From Cirrosporium novae-zelandiae (lineage: Eukaryota): DNA of 64,000 nucleotides. Shown in pieces: positions 12,067 to 25,722 of this stretch. Every line of letters starts with the position of its first letter. Within the stretch, counting starts at the first letter, position 1. Made by a program: the position numbers and the translations under genes. Below the pieces are notes generated by a model, which saw only the letters and a program-made list of their open reading frames with translations, searched no databases and was not told the DNA's origin. The stretch is from the NCBI GenBank assembly GCA_026023565.1, contig JAPETS010000006.1, forward strand, positions 558,001-622,000, written 5' to 3'.

Positions 12067-14618
12067 CTAGAAAATCAGAGTTAGTCAATATCTCATTCGG
12101 AGATAGATGGATTCAAAAGTTACAACACCAACTAGTGTTTGCAAGTCCAGAGCCAAATTCAATCCAACTGGAGATGGCTTGAGGACGCCGTGAATATATG
12201 CACTTTTAGTGAACCAAGACCTGCAGTGGCACTACGTCAAGACCTCACTAGTATATTGCTTTTCGCTTTGTAACTCATAATAGGGGTTTAAGTTGGATTA
12301 TCGCAGACACGAACCCTAAGACCAACCCCAGTAGTGAGTATCGACTTACCTTAGTAACTTGTCTAGCTCACTGCTCGAGGTCGATGTTTTCCGGGGACAG
12401 CTTTTCACTACAACTCCCAGGGAATCTTTGGTGGCTCGTTCCTTGTCACGGAGTCGTTTTCGGAGAGTGTCTCTGATACGGGCTAGTTTTTTGGAATAGT
12501 CTCCTGGCATCGTGGATACCATCGTCTAATTGAAGTTATAGTGTTTGTTTGTAGTAGAATTCCTGCCGAATTGAATGGCTTAGAACCTTTGAGTGTTAGA
12601 CCAAGTATTATCCCATCGGTCAAGGTTGGTTGTAGGAAGGAAAGTGATAAGAGATAAATTTTAAGATATATCCTACAATGCAACTACTGGAGCTAGAAGC
12701 ACGAAGAATCCTCCTGTCTGTGCTGGTATGATTCAAAGGCTCAAGACCATGTTAGATGCGCTAGCTGCTGTCTGGAGATCCCGTTGAACATACTAGAGTG
12801 CTGGAGTTCTTGCCAATTGGTACAACAGACATCATGATTTTGAAAAATTAGAGAATGTAGGATTCCTTATAAAAGGGGATCCAGGACCATAACATGAGAG
12901 GGTTGATATTTCATGTTCGACTGATAGATTCTGGGAAATCTTTAGCTTAAGTAGGTGAGCAAAGGCAGAGAAGCTGGATCCATTTTTATCGTCGTTCCCA
13001 CTTAGCTTAACTCGAATGTCTCTCTCGAGAAAAAAAGGTCAAACTTTTTCCAGCTTAAACCACTAGGCCGGAGAACATTCGGTGTTTGTATTCAACCCCA
13101 GGTTAAACGAAGGAGACAGATCAAAAGAAGTTTGGATAAGTGTGGATTTGTCGCTGATGGATTAGAAGGGTAACAAGTTGGAAGAAACGCTAAGCCTCAT
13201 GTCTTGGCAGGGGTACCTTGGGGTTCGTTGGATTTACGAAAAGGGCTAATTAATTAGAAAGTCTAGCTGCATGGCTCAATTTCGCCCATACAGAAAATGT
13301 AATTAATGATCTAACCTAGTATCAATTCAATAATGCTTTCATTAGAATTTCGCTCAGTCGAGCTCCACTCTAAAACCCGCCAACGAACCTGAAAATTTGT
13401 TCCAGAAGAGGAATGATCCAAACTAAGAATGTATAGATTCTTTACAACAAAAGGTCCAAGCTACTCCACCTTTCATTATAATAATTATTTCCCCAAAACA
13501 CTTTACTATCACTCTTTTGAATCCTCATTACGTATACTATATTGATAGCCATTCAATCATAAATAATATAAAGGGTGCATCGTTTGAAGAGGGGACGTTG
13601 GTATTCCGAGAATATTTAACTAACTGTATTTGCCCTTGCTTATTAGTTAATATTATTTCTAAGACTGGTAAAAATTTTTGATTAAAGCTCTCTTGACATA
13701 CCTAGTAGTATAAATGATTATGATAATGTAATATTATATAAATCGTGAGAAGGCATACGTCGTAAAAATTGCTGAGATATTTAGATATTTGATCGGAGGT
13801 AAGTTGATTCTATGCCAAGGAGGTAGGGCTGGGAAGCACATGACAGAGTAGTTAGCTAAAAAATTGATTGGGATGTTTAGTGGGAATGGTGGGGCATTTT
13901 GCTCTTGTGACCCTAAACTTCGGGTTTTAAGAACCTAAAATAAATCTACGCTAACAACATAGTTACCCGTCCCTCTCACACTCTTATTCGACGTCGATGT
14001 AAACGTAAGGCGACAACGAATATGTAAACGATGTAATATTTTATTCAACTCTAGATATTTTCCCGGCTGGAACTCTGATCTTTATGGCATGACTTTTCAT
14101 GGGTATTAGATGAGTACCATCCTACGCTACTTAAGCATCCAGGAACCTACTGGACGCTTTAAGCGATTTCTAGAAGTATAGCTATTCCGAGGATGAAATA
14201 GACTTATCCAGTAGATATTGAGGCATAATCATAGGGAAGAGAGGCTAATAATGAGGAGAAAGACTCGAAGGCTTGTTAGAGAGCAAACAGTGACGACAGC
14301 ACTGAAACAAAAGTGAGGGATCGTTTGTTGGTCCTTCTGGATCGCTTTGGGATAGACCTATGGGTTTACTGGAAGAGAGAAAGATTCTAAGAACGCAACA
14401 TTTCATTTATTAAACTAGAATACATGTAAAGATCGGCTCATTTTGCCGTGGAATAGCTGAGCATTGGTATCACTTGGTAAACTGAAGATCACACAAACCC
14501 CGAGACAGCTTCTTATCGAGAACTGAGATAAATAGTTACTGAATGAACGAAAACTTGAAAGTAAAAGAAAATATATCAACACTAGAATATCGCCTCGTAG
14601 ACGGACTGCATTTCTCCC

Positions 14619-15417
14619 TCACATACGCATATAATCGTTATCGTCGAAGCAGAGAAAATCATCCAACATGAATAGACCATTCATCATATGATGTTTAATG
14701 CCCATGTATGAGATCTGATATGTGAATTCAGGTTCTTCGGCCAAAAAGCTTGCCCATTCCCCGATGGAAACGGTCTCGCGGACTAGGTGGCCAAGAAATA
14801 CAGCATAAGCCATCACTGATCGTAGCTTGGCACCTTGCATAGTATCCCTGAGAACCATCTGTAACGTGTCAAAGTGGACAGGGATGTATATCCCGGACAC
14901 ATCATTTGGATCTTCGATATAGTATGTCCACCACCAGATGATCTTGAAAGGAGTTAGCCTCAGTCAGAATGGTCAAAACAAATACGCTTGAGGAGAAAAC
15001 TTGCCTGTGATTCCATGTAGGACTTGTATTGAAATCTATCGGCAAGAATCCAGTCCTTGATTCGTTCCGCGGGATTTTCATTTGGAATATCCATACAATA
15101 AAGAAAAGCTACTAGTCTTGAAAATGCAGCTTTGTTTACGTCCTTGATTGTCACCTCTTGAGTACTGTTTTCACGCCAAGGGCCAGTTAAGAGCCCCCCA
15201 AAATAACCACCAGTGGAGACAAGAGTATCGCGATGGATATAGTAAGCATCGCTAGTGCCATCAGAAGCTTCAGCAATGACCTTTACGGTCGGCGATCGGA
15301 ATATTGTCGTTCTGGCATGGCCTTTAGCAACAAATCAAGAAAGGCAACAGATGATTCTTACGATGTAAATGCATAGTCACCTTCAACGTCATGCGCGCGT
15401 AGAGTGATTGCAGACAT
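14619..15417 (-). CDS. BTB/POZ-domain protein; exons 15417-15362, 15311-15005, 14942-14619 (second intron GC-AG)
   Basis: MSAITL...IFRSPTVKVIA...YYIHRDTLVSTGGYFGGLLTGPWRENSTQEVTIKDVNKAAFSRLVAFLY...WILADRFQ...RDTMQGAKLR. The frame is restored by GT-AG 15361-15312 and GC-AG 15004-14943. Confidence 0.8.
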
Positions 15418-15859
15418 TTTTCTGGGATCTTCTAGGGCGATAGTGAGAAGCTGGTTAGTTAGAATGAGAAGTTTATGAACCACAAGAGATACAACTTACT
15501 GGTCTAGAGTTTTGAGCAATTTTGAGGCGATATTTATGCTTGATTAAGCTGAATGATGAGCGAGGTGTATATTTGTTGGAGTCTGAAGCAAGAGATGTTG
15601 ATGAAAAAGAAAGTGAGGTGGTGGAGAGTTTGAAGAAAAGAGCACGATATTTGTGATGCGTGGGTCGAAGTGTCTTATTGACTATGTATTCGTGTTTTGA
15701 CTGACTTCGTAGTAGCAGGCAGAAATCAACACACTGACTAATGGAAAACATTCAAGCAGCGCGCAAGCCCTCGCAGCAGGTTGACATACGGGCATACATG
15801 ATTATTCCGGCAACATAAATCTTCTGGTCAGCCTAAGTAATAAGCCAAGAGTCATTTAT

Positions 15860-18800
15860 TCACTGGCGCCTTTGTTTTATAGACGCGGTCCAGTTCTTGA
15901 AATCAACGAAAAATGCTGGTGGCACTTTACAGTCTTCAAGAAATTGGGCTTTCCATAACTCTGCATAAAGAGCCACAATTCTAGAAAAGGATCCTAGTGT
16001 CTTGCCCTTCCTAGTATTTCCAAAATCTGAACCAAGTATAACCTTCACAATAAGAAGGCTTAGTTGACTACAGGTGTTTCCATGCGCGTTTGAGCTTCCT
16101 AGTTTTGCCTCGCAATGTATTTGTTGAAGGACTTCCCAAGCTTCTGTCTGATCCGGCAAGGTGGGAAGAGAGTTTCCTTTACAGAGGCGACAGTACTCTC
16201 TAGCAATATTAGATACTTTCTCGGATATCTGTTTGCTCGTAGTTGTTCGCATGGCCTCCAACAACGGCATGATGAGATGCAATGCTAGGGGGTTTGAATG
16301 TTGCTGTTTAATATAGACATCGAGAAGATCAAGGACCCTGCTTTTGAAATTGATGATCTTCTCCTTGGCATTCTTTTTGTCCTTGGTCTTATTTGCAAGC
16401 TTTTGCCGTTCCTGGAATATGCGGATAAGTGGAGCATCTAGGGCCTTCACTTGTTCATCATCCATTTCTTCATCAGAAGACCCAGCGGAACTGGCGGCAG
16501 CCAGCTTGGCACCAAAAGCTTCGAGCTCTTCATTACCCTCACCATCACTCTCATCACCCCTCTCCGAACTAGAACCGCTATTGGCCTCTGCATCAATCAT
16601 TTCCACGTCAGATGGGAGACTATCTTCACTTCCATCATCATCACTATCATGATCGTCTTCTTCATCAAACATCTCTTCTTGCCCTGCGAGGTTTTCTTTT
16701 GCCTCTAGAACCCTGAAGAGTGACTGCAACCCCTCAGCTGTAATATGGTGAGAAAACACTGTAAATACCCTCGTGCTCAGCTGTCGGAATAGTTGTGAAG
16801 GCTTGGAGACAAACCCAAGAAGGATTTCAACAAGCATCTCCGATGCTTGCTCTCTGGAAGACGCCTGTTTTTCTTTCTTTCCGAGTTTGTTGAGGACATC
16901 CTGAAGCTCTTCTAGCAACGACAGGGAATCGGGTTCACCATTGTATACTTGCAGGATTGCCAACGAGAGTAGCGCCATAAGCGCTTGCCTTACCGATTCA
17001 TCAATGTCTTTGTACCCCTTCTTCTATGAAGATTTAGCTGTGTCTGCAGAAATGAAATATGGCCCAATTCTATGATCTTACCGCTTTCTTGATCCTTGAC
17101 AAAGTCTTCTGTGCCTCCACTATATACTTTCCCCCTGATTCGTCCATTTCAAGGATAGATTCCAGACCATGTTTCCTCTTTTCCAGGCGCGAGATGTATC
17201 GCACCACATTATATGGATATTTAGATGGATCCCGGGTCGAACTCATAAGTTGAGTCAAGCAGGATGTAAGCCTTGTCCGAAATAAAGTCCGTGAAGCTTC
17301 TGAGAATGTCGGAGCAGGTACCTCTTTACCAGAAGCAGGATCCCGTGTGTCTTGGAAGTACCCATGGGTCACCAATACCTTCCACAGCCGCTCTACCCAA
17401 CCATCCGAAGTAGTTTCTGGTAAGTCCAATAAGGAATTTTTATGTTGGCGAACTACCGAAACAAGTACATCCGCAAATATTTGACGATTGGTGTTTGTGG
17501 CTCGCTCATTGTCCGTTCTTGGGTGGACAATTTGCGTTTCAAGGAAGGAGACAGCATCATCCAATGTTACCGCATCAGCATATCCCATTACATTCTCAAG
17601 TGTCTTCCTGGTAGTCTGATCAAGTCTATCCATCGGTTCTCGAGACCCGATTAGCCCGGAGATTATTGATAAAATCGATTCAGGTTGCTGTTGGGCTCGA
17701 GACTCAAGAGCCTTCAAAGATTTTATAGCCATAGCATGTAAGTACCGCTCCGAGGAAGAGGCGTGATTGAGCATGCAATTCACAAGATTCGGTGAGAATA
17801 TATCTGATATAAACCCCAGCGGTGTATTTTGATCCTTTATGACCTTTATGAACAGCATAAAGCCCCAGTGCTTTCGTTCATGGGAAGCGGATGTTGAAAA
17901 CAAACCACCTGCAGACATGTGAGCAAGAGGTTAACAAAAACATTTACAAATTGGGATAAAGACTCACGGTCTATTACTTCAGACCAAAATTCAGCAAAGT
18001 TGATAGATTGTGTAGGTTCCTCTTTTGGCTTCCCTCCCTGGAGTTTGTAGAGCCTAGCCAAGACCAGGTCCCATACAAAGTGAAGCTTTGAATTCCACGA
18101 CCCCTTTTGAGAGAGTCCATCAATTGGCGTTTCTCTTAAGGCTTTTGAAAGAACGGATTTTTCTTCTTTGTGTAACGGACTCTCATCCAACCAAATCCCC
18201 TTGACTAGAATATCTGGTTTATGTCGAGCTTGGACGCAGAGCCAGAGTGCAACGCCTTCCGGTGTTTTAGAAAGCTGGTTGGAGCAAAACAACTGCAGCG
18301 CCTGTTGTGCATAGGCATCCCCAATTGCAAAATCCGTTTCAGAAGACTTCTCATCAAGAGCGGTATAAATACTCCAACCGCATTCTTCTCGCAACCATGG
18401 TGCCTTCTTGCTTAGGGCTATTATTTCCGATAACGTCTCAGTCCAGTACTCGCTGGGCACTCCAGGTTGAAATAGGATCTTTGATTTGATAATTGCTTTT
18501 GCACCGAAGACCTTGCCAAAGTAATGGTCTTTCCCTTCCTGTAACGCTATTAGCCATTGTTTATCAACTAGTTGTGTGAATACTTGTAACTTACTTGTCC
18601 AGAAGCGCTACCAGGGGGGCGGGCTGTGACATTCTTCCAGATGTTCAGGATATGTTCAACATTTATATCAATACCAGTAGGTTCATCTTGTCTTAGGAGT
18701 GTGCTTAACAGTTCTGTCAATGCTACCGAGAATCCGAGTCGAGCAGCCTTCCTTCCACTACAAAGACCTCGAAAGAGCCTAGTAATTGCTTTCTCGGCTT

Positions 18801-18960
18801 CTCCAGTCGTCGGGTTTTGGTCTTCTGTAAAGCGGGAAATAAGAGCCAAAGCAGCCTTTTGGCGTATATCTAGGGCTTCATTAGAAAGATCCTCGTATAT
18901 CTCCACCAGTTTAGTATCAACGCTGGCGATTTCTCGACGGCGCTTTTTTGTCATCGACAT
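15860..18960 (-). CDS. POL5: Pol5 / DNA polymerase phi (MYBBP1A-like) nucleolar protein; introns 18594-18539, 17967-17909, 17081-17024
   Basis: RLFRGLCSGRKAARLGFSVALTELL, PWLREECG, SHERKHWGF, LVEILLGFVSKPS, acidic EEMDDEQ and NFKSRVLDLL motifs. The three canonical introns join the ORFs in frame. Confidence 0.92.
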
Positions 18961-21484
18961 CTTTCGTCTCTTGTTTTTGTATGATATGCTTGCTAATTAA
19001 AGATGCTAGTTGAAGATTGGTTCTCTACAAATTTTTTCTTTCGCTTAGTTACGGGAACACCATAGTAGCTCCTTATCAACTACCTAGCTACCCAGCTCCA
19101 GGTGCTGTGGTAAGCTCTCTTTATCAACTAGGACTTTAACTTCAAATTTTCCCTAGTAGAAATATTTAAGTAACCGATATAATTCTGAAGTATTATTGAG
19201 GATATGCATTGTATTCGAAATATACTAAAGTATAGTCTCTGTGGATAGTTACACAGCCCGAACGCCTCCTCCTTGGCTTGATAGAAAATACCGCGGTAAC
19301 CTATTTTGTTGCATTGTTTACTGTGTACAATTTATGTCTCCACTTTATAGATGCTAGATTTAGGAAGAATACATGTATTTTATGATATGGTGGAACACTT
19401 GCTGCTGCAAAGTGGAACAGCTACTGTTAGGATAGCGTGGATCAGAAGGTTGAAGGCCCCGGGAGCTTAGAGGACAAGTCACACAAGTCTCTTTTTTATG
19501 CCAAGAATGACGTCAAAATCACTGATCCTCGCGCTCATCTCGTGGAATCCCTGATTTTGTTCCAATGTTTATTTACCTTCTTGGAAACGCGTTGTGTCGC
19601 ATCAATAAATAAAGATGGGGAAACCCCTCTTCGAAGGATCTGGCTGCTAGGGATGATAAGGTTACCTTTTCATGATTTTTTTCGAGGGTTACTTCCTTAT
19701 CTCCCCGTCAAATCACCTAACTAGGTGGAGCTTGTTGCTGACACTGCCGTTATTCTTCACTTGGAATAAGTAGTGAGAGTCATAATCCATGAGCCATGGT
19801 GGTCTCATGATGTTCCCCCCCGTCCAGCTGAATATGTATGAGGTTCGACACTAAAGCTGGCTTGTTGGTTATCCTCGGCTTGCAAAACAAACAATGTTTA
19901 GCGAGTGAGATTCGTCGAACAAGTTGTAAACTAGAATAATGTTTAGATGATCAACACAACAACCTTGGTCAGCATTTTCTTTGAGTTTTAATTTTTTTCA
20001 AAGTAATTATTTTGTATACAAGTGTGCACAAACCCGTGAATGCTCTTTCCCCCTCAACCGTAAGAGAGAATGACGTTTGTAATAAAAGTGTATCGGATTT
20101 TGGCGGGGTCATCGAAAGGTGGCAGAAGAGAGATGACGAGTGACGAGTAAGCTAGTTAAACTTCCCAGTTTTTCCTTCAGTGGAGCCATCATTTACTGTG
20201 TAGATGGCAAAATTAGCATTAGTATTGAGTATTTAGACCGTTTGAGTGGGATGGAATCAGTGAGGGTAATAATAATAGATAGCTACTTATCCTAAAAGAT
20301 GGTTGAAAACGAAATGGTTGTTTTAGAATTTACCCTAGCTTTAAGAGATGCTCGAGTCGAGGACTGAAAGTCCAAGTGATAGATATGAATGGTCAATTCT
20401 TCGTAGAGGATGAGGGGATCCGCAATCTTTAACTAATGTAGTAAATGCATGATTGCTGGGCATCTGGGTAAAAATGGCGTATCGCCATCCTTATCAATAA
20501 TAATACTAACAGGATTTCCTTGTGTTTGGTAGCCGAATGCGAGAAACGCCAGGCTTCTGATGCCGAGCCAATAAAGCATCAAAATCTTGCTATGGCAATG
20601 GACCAAAGGCACCCATGGCTTCATGGACACGGGTGGGCTTTCAAACCAAGATGTGAGCAACCAAAGACAAGGTTTACACGCATGATGAGGGAGGTCTCGG
20701 GTATGCCGACTTTCCCAGAGATTGCATCCCGTCTTTTCCAGAACTCTAGCATGGACGATCCAAAGATAAAATGATTAGATGGTATGTATATACATCTATA
20801 GAGCCATAACGAGAGATAAACATGTTCTAGAGAAAAGTATATAATCTCCACCATGTGGATTCGATGATAATGATATATATGTCAATTTAAAGAATCTGGA
20901 ATTTGATACATAGTAACATGTAACAAGTCATAAGTAATAACAGCAATAATAATAATAATGATAATAATAATGTCCGATCTGGGGTACCATGTTTTGGTAG
21001 TCCAAGCTTCTTGTTCTGGATTCGCAATTTGGTCCATGCCAACCATGTTTATTATGCAAGCCAGCAAATGATGGCGCATTTCAAATATCCAATACGACCA
21101 TCTCTTAATATGTAACATGTACAAGTAGCCTGCAGCAAGCAACAAGCTGCAAGCTACAACGTTGAAAGCAAAGGTGGACGGATAACGATGAGGAGTACAG
21201 GAGATTATAGATTATAAATTTTCACGGATTGGTTCAACAAGGCCGGCGAGAAGGTTAAGCGATTATTTGATTTTGCCAAAATTGCCGGTAAAACGTCATT
21301 TGTTTAAAAGAATAGGAAAAGTGTTTTTGGTTGTTTAGGTGATGTTAGGTAATTAAGAAGAACTGAAAACAGCTGAAAAGGGAGAGGGAGAGGAAGGTTC
21401 GGAGACAGGAACGACAAGTAGACTAGGGAACTATCTAGGGACCTATAGACCTATGGGGAGGGGGTCTAGGATCCAAGGACTGCT

Positions 21485-21521
21485 TTAGGGCTTGTTTAGG
21501 GCTTGTTCAGGGCTTTCAGGG
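21485..21521. repeat. Degenerate 11-bp tandem repeat (CTTGTTYAGGG) upstream of cdc25
   Basis: tttagggcttgtttagggcttgttcagggctttcaggg. Confidence 0.7.
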
Positions 21522-21816
21522 ATTCCATGCCCGGATGTTCTGCAGTCTACCAAGTACTGTACCTACGTACAGTGAAGTTATGCAGTGTGCCTGCAGCAAA
21601 GAAATAGTAAAGGAGGAGCAAACAAGTTGAGAAAATAATTAATTAATTAATAGTCAAGTAGTAAACAAGTTGGAGCAACTAAATAAATAATTATAAGCCA
21701 ACTACATGTCCCCTACTATCTACTATCACGAGTTTCCGCATTTTCAGCAAAAGGTCCTTCTCAAAGAAAGGTTACTAAACATATGCAAGCCTAATGCAAG
21801 CCGCTGTAAGTTGCTG

Positions 21817-21864
21817 CAAGTGTCTCCAAGTGTCTCCAAGTGCCTTCAAGTGCCTTCAAGTGTC
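21817..21864. repeat. 10-bp tandem repeat CAAGTGYCTY, about 5 copies
   Basis: caagtgtctc caagtgtctc caagtgcctt caagtgcctt caagtgtc. Confidence 0.85.
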
Positions 21865-22626
21865 GTTCAATTCCTCGCACCGCTACTTCGCAAGATTTCC
21901 ACTTGGTGCAGATTAAGCGAACCTCGTTGCTCTGGAAAACTACTGGCAATGCTTCTGGTTGGACTGAGAAGAAATTTGGAACCTTGCTTGACCTTTACTT
22001 GGCTGGGTTATCCCCACCTTGTTGCTTGGGACGACAGAGAGCAACCAAATGCAGTCTTCATCCCGTTCTGAGTAGCCCTTCACCCTGCTAATTGATATTC
22101 TTTGGATCCCTTCAAAGACTCCTCTTCTCTCCATAAAACTTCTCTTTCTCTCAATTCAATTCCCCTCCATTCAACTCCAATAAACACTTCCTCCTACTAA
22201 CTCGACCTACTCCGCCTCTCACCATCACTCCCTTACCTAAACCCCCCCATCGCCACCCCCACGCCTCGACTTGTATAAAAAAAAAAGAGAAACGAGAAAG
22301 GAACCATTCCTGGGAAAAATAGACCCTCCGAATCATTAGGAACCATTCATTATCTTCAGGACATCATTCATAATGGCCAACTAATTGGGGACCCTGCGTG
22401 AGAAAATCGACTTTACGTTCCTTCCTCCTGATACTTCCAAACACCCGCCCAGACTTGATTATACTTCATCAATCGCCAGAAAGAAATTTGGACTGTTCTC
22501 CCTCTTTTAAACCAGTTCCACGCTACCGACAATTAAACCTTATCAAAGCTGGCAGCGGTGTAAGAAGGATATCTTGAATACACACACTGGATTGTGTTTG
22601 CCTATCATTAAAAATAAAAATAAAAA

Positions 22627-24513
22627 ATGGAGGGCTCTTCACCATTAGCGGCTATGCAGCCGCCTTCGATGAGATTTGGGGACTGGGGATCATGCATGGA
22701 AGGGCCTACTTCATACTCTCAGCTTGCCGCAGCCAACAGGATGGGTCATGACATTTTCAATTTCAAAAGGAGTCCTTCGGATTACTTCAACCTGAAGCCT
22801 CTTAGGGGATCATCTCCCGCCGCCAGTCTCGCTGCAGATATTTCTCAGAACTTCCACATTGACCAAAGGTATTAGCGCCTCTCCATACAATAACTTCCGT
22901 GAGATTAATCGAATATAGCCCGCAACTGCCTACCCCTCGCCGGTCGTTGTTCTCATCTAACCTGTTTGCTACTCTTGACGGTAGAGGTAAGAACTATAAT
23001 ATAATAATATAATGTATTGGGAAAGCATTGACCAAAGGGACTAATCCTTGGACGATCCTGCAGATATTGCTACCACTCCTCCTTTACCCTCGTCTTCACC
23101 AGCTCCGGGAAATGACTCCATGATGGATATTTCTCCTATTCCTCAAAAACCACTTAATTTTACCTATCAGACCGAGCTTCAGTCGCCTACACCAGATGGT
23201 ACCCCCACGCGTGAGGATACGAACATGCTTTCCTCCCCGGATCCATTGGTTGCGTCTCCATTGGAACATGCAAGACCTTCGTTCTTAGAGTATGTCATGC
23301 CCCTCCGTCGTTTTAGCTTTTACTGATGAGTACAGCCGCAAACGATCAAACCATCTGCGGCCATCTCTTGCCCGTAAAGGCTACTCAACAAACATGGTAC
23401 AGTTCAGCTCTGAAGTGGATAGCAAAATCCCTCCGTTCAAATATCGTACCAGCAATGGTCTTGGGACAAGTACGAGTTCAATGTCATTATCCGAAGCTTT
23501 CATGGCTTCTCCTCAGCATGACAAATCGTTGGTTCGAAATCATTCCGGACATTTGTACGGTGGTCCTCGTTTAAAGCCTGCGTTTGGAGCTACCTCTAAC
23601 CCAAGAGGGTCTCCATCTAATGGACATATCCGAAAGCCTTCAGCTCCTGTAGCCCGGCCAAGAAAACATGTTCGTAGAGCACTTAGTATGTTTGAGAGTC
23701 CTGGTGATATGATAAAGAATGAAGAGGTTCGTTCTTCTGCAGGAGAGCTACAAGCAATCATGGATGTTGAAGATCAACATGTGCCTCAACTCCCACATTA
23801 TCTCCTTGAAGACCAATCAGACAACTTGCCGCGGATAACGAGAGACACGTTGATCAATGCGCTCGATGGTAAATATGATAGTTTCTATAAGCAGCGCATT
23901 ATCATCGACTGCCGTTTTGAATATGAGTACAAGGGTGGTCACATTGACGGTGCTGAGAATTTCAACGACAAAGAGGATCTTGAGAGTCGTTTGTTTGACA
24001 ATCCACCAACTTGCGATACGCTACTAATACTTCACTGTGAATATTCTGCTCACCGTGCTCCTCATATGTAAGTTTCTTGTTGTCTTCAATCTTTATTTTC
24101 TAACATGATTTAGGGCAAGATTCGTGCGCCAGGCAGACCGAGCCAAAAACAAAGACATCTACCCACAACTGACATACCCAGAAATGTATATATTAGAAGG
24201 AGGGTACAGTTCCTTCTATAACACACACCCCACCAGATGCTATCCACAGAATTACGTTGAGATGGAGGATGCAGCGCATGCCTCTGCCTGCGAACGTGGA
24301 TTAAGCAAAGTAAAACAACAACGAAGTAAACTCACTAGAGCCCAGACCTTTGCTTTCGGAGAACAGTCACCGAATATTGAGGAAAGCCCAACAACTGCCG
24401 TTGCCCGCCACAACCATCACAATCATAATACTCCTTCTCTCACGGCCATGGGTTTTACGACAGAAAATTTTTTTGACATACGACAGTGTTCGAAACGATC
24501 AACATCTTATTAG
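22627..24513 (+). CDS. cdc25: M-phase inducer phosphatase Cdc25 (NimT/Mih1); exons 22627-22868, 22919-22986, 23064-23289, 23336-24067, 24114-24513
   Basis: Rhodanese-fold motifs IIDCRFEYEYKGGHIDGA, HCEYSAHRAP (HCX5R) and YPEMYILEGGY. Fungal N-terminal SSPLAAM and SLAADISQNFHID-SPQLPTPRRSLF. Confidence 0.95.
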
Positions 24514-25722
24514 ATCGAGATTGATCATTTTCTTTACGACATTTTTTCAACGGCAAAATGGATCATGGCGTTTTATGCGTCCCTAGCAAACGGCATTTTT
24601 TTGATTGACCCATTTTCAGCCGTGACATTTCCACTTTCATTGGCTCGACCCTGAAGACCTTGCATCATTCTCTTGGCGTGGTTGGCTCCGCCGAAACCAT
24701 TTCCGTCTTATCGACATATCTTTTGCGAAACCCACATGGTCAAACACCACATTGCATTGCTTAATGATAGCTCTGCTAACTAAATGCCATAAGCCACGAC
24801 CTACATATTGCACCATCCGCATACTCACTTATGGATAATCGACGCACCATAGATCATACCCCTAACTGTTTTTTCTTTTGTTAACAGTATCAGCCAGGCT
24901 CTCCCCTAGAAGAGCCCAGGATATTTCCAACGGCTTGAGTAAACAACTGCTGGTTACTATTCCAGACAAGACTTGTGAGCAACTTGTATTGACATGATGT
25001 TTCTTATCACAGGAAAATTGCATCTCGGATATTGTCCCTGTTCTGCTATAACTTTTTCACCCTTCTTTTGTTGAAGATACCCTTTTTAATAACTTTTTTT
25101 GCTGTACCATAGCCATGATTCTTTGTGTATTGTTGGTGTTGTCGCCCGGTGTTATCAGGCTGGGGAAGTATCTTCAATGGCTTGGGAGCATTTTTGGTCT
25201 GGTGGATAAAAGAGGGTTTTTACATGCACCTCGGAATAAGAAGTAAAGTAAGGTGCGATGCAGCTAAAAGTGGACAATTCCTCCAAGGAGATGTTGCTCA
25301 CTATCTAAGTAAGCAATAAAAAAATATTTTAAATAATACATGGGACTTGTAGGGAGGGAGATTGAACAAAGGAGTGGTTCTTTTAGAACCTATTTTGTAG
25401 TGTATATAAAGTTCTCACTGTAAATGGTGGTCGAACATGTCTAATGATCTAGTTGGAAAATATGGATGAATCAATGAAATACAAATATATGGTTACCTTT
25501 TGCACTCATTCAGCTTCGTGCCCCATTCCTAGCTCAATTATTCAAACCTCGTAGCATTCATCCATCTACCTATCTATTTACCCAAACCCAAGACTTATAT
25601 TTGACCCCACTACTTCATCACACTCTAACAATTAATCCTAATCCTTTTGTTAATGCCACACATACACATATACACAACCCCCCTCCCTCTCTCTTTACCA
25701 AAAAATAAAACAAAAAAAAGGA

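Noticed and set aside
12240..14500. Possible fourth BTB copy or transposon relic between the BTB genes (donor at 12349, AT-rich patches)
   Set aside because: No BTB or transposase motifs seen and no termini identified
21485..21521. TTAGGG-containing repeat as an interstitial telomere
   Set aside because: Only two TTAGGG hexamers within an 11-bp unit; not a telomeric array
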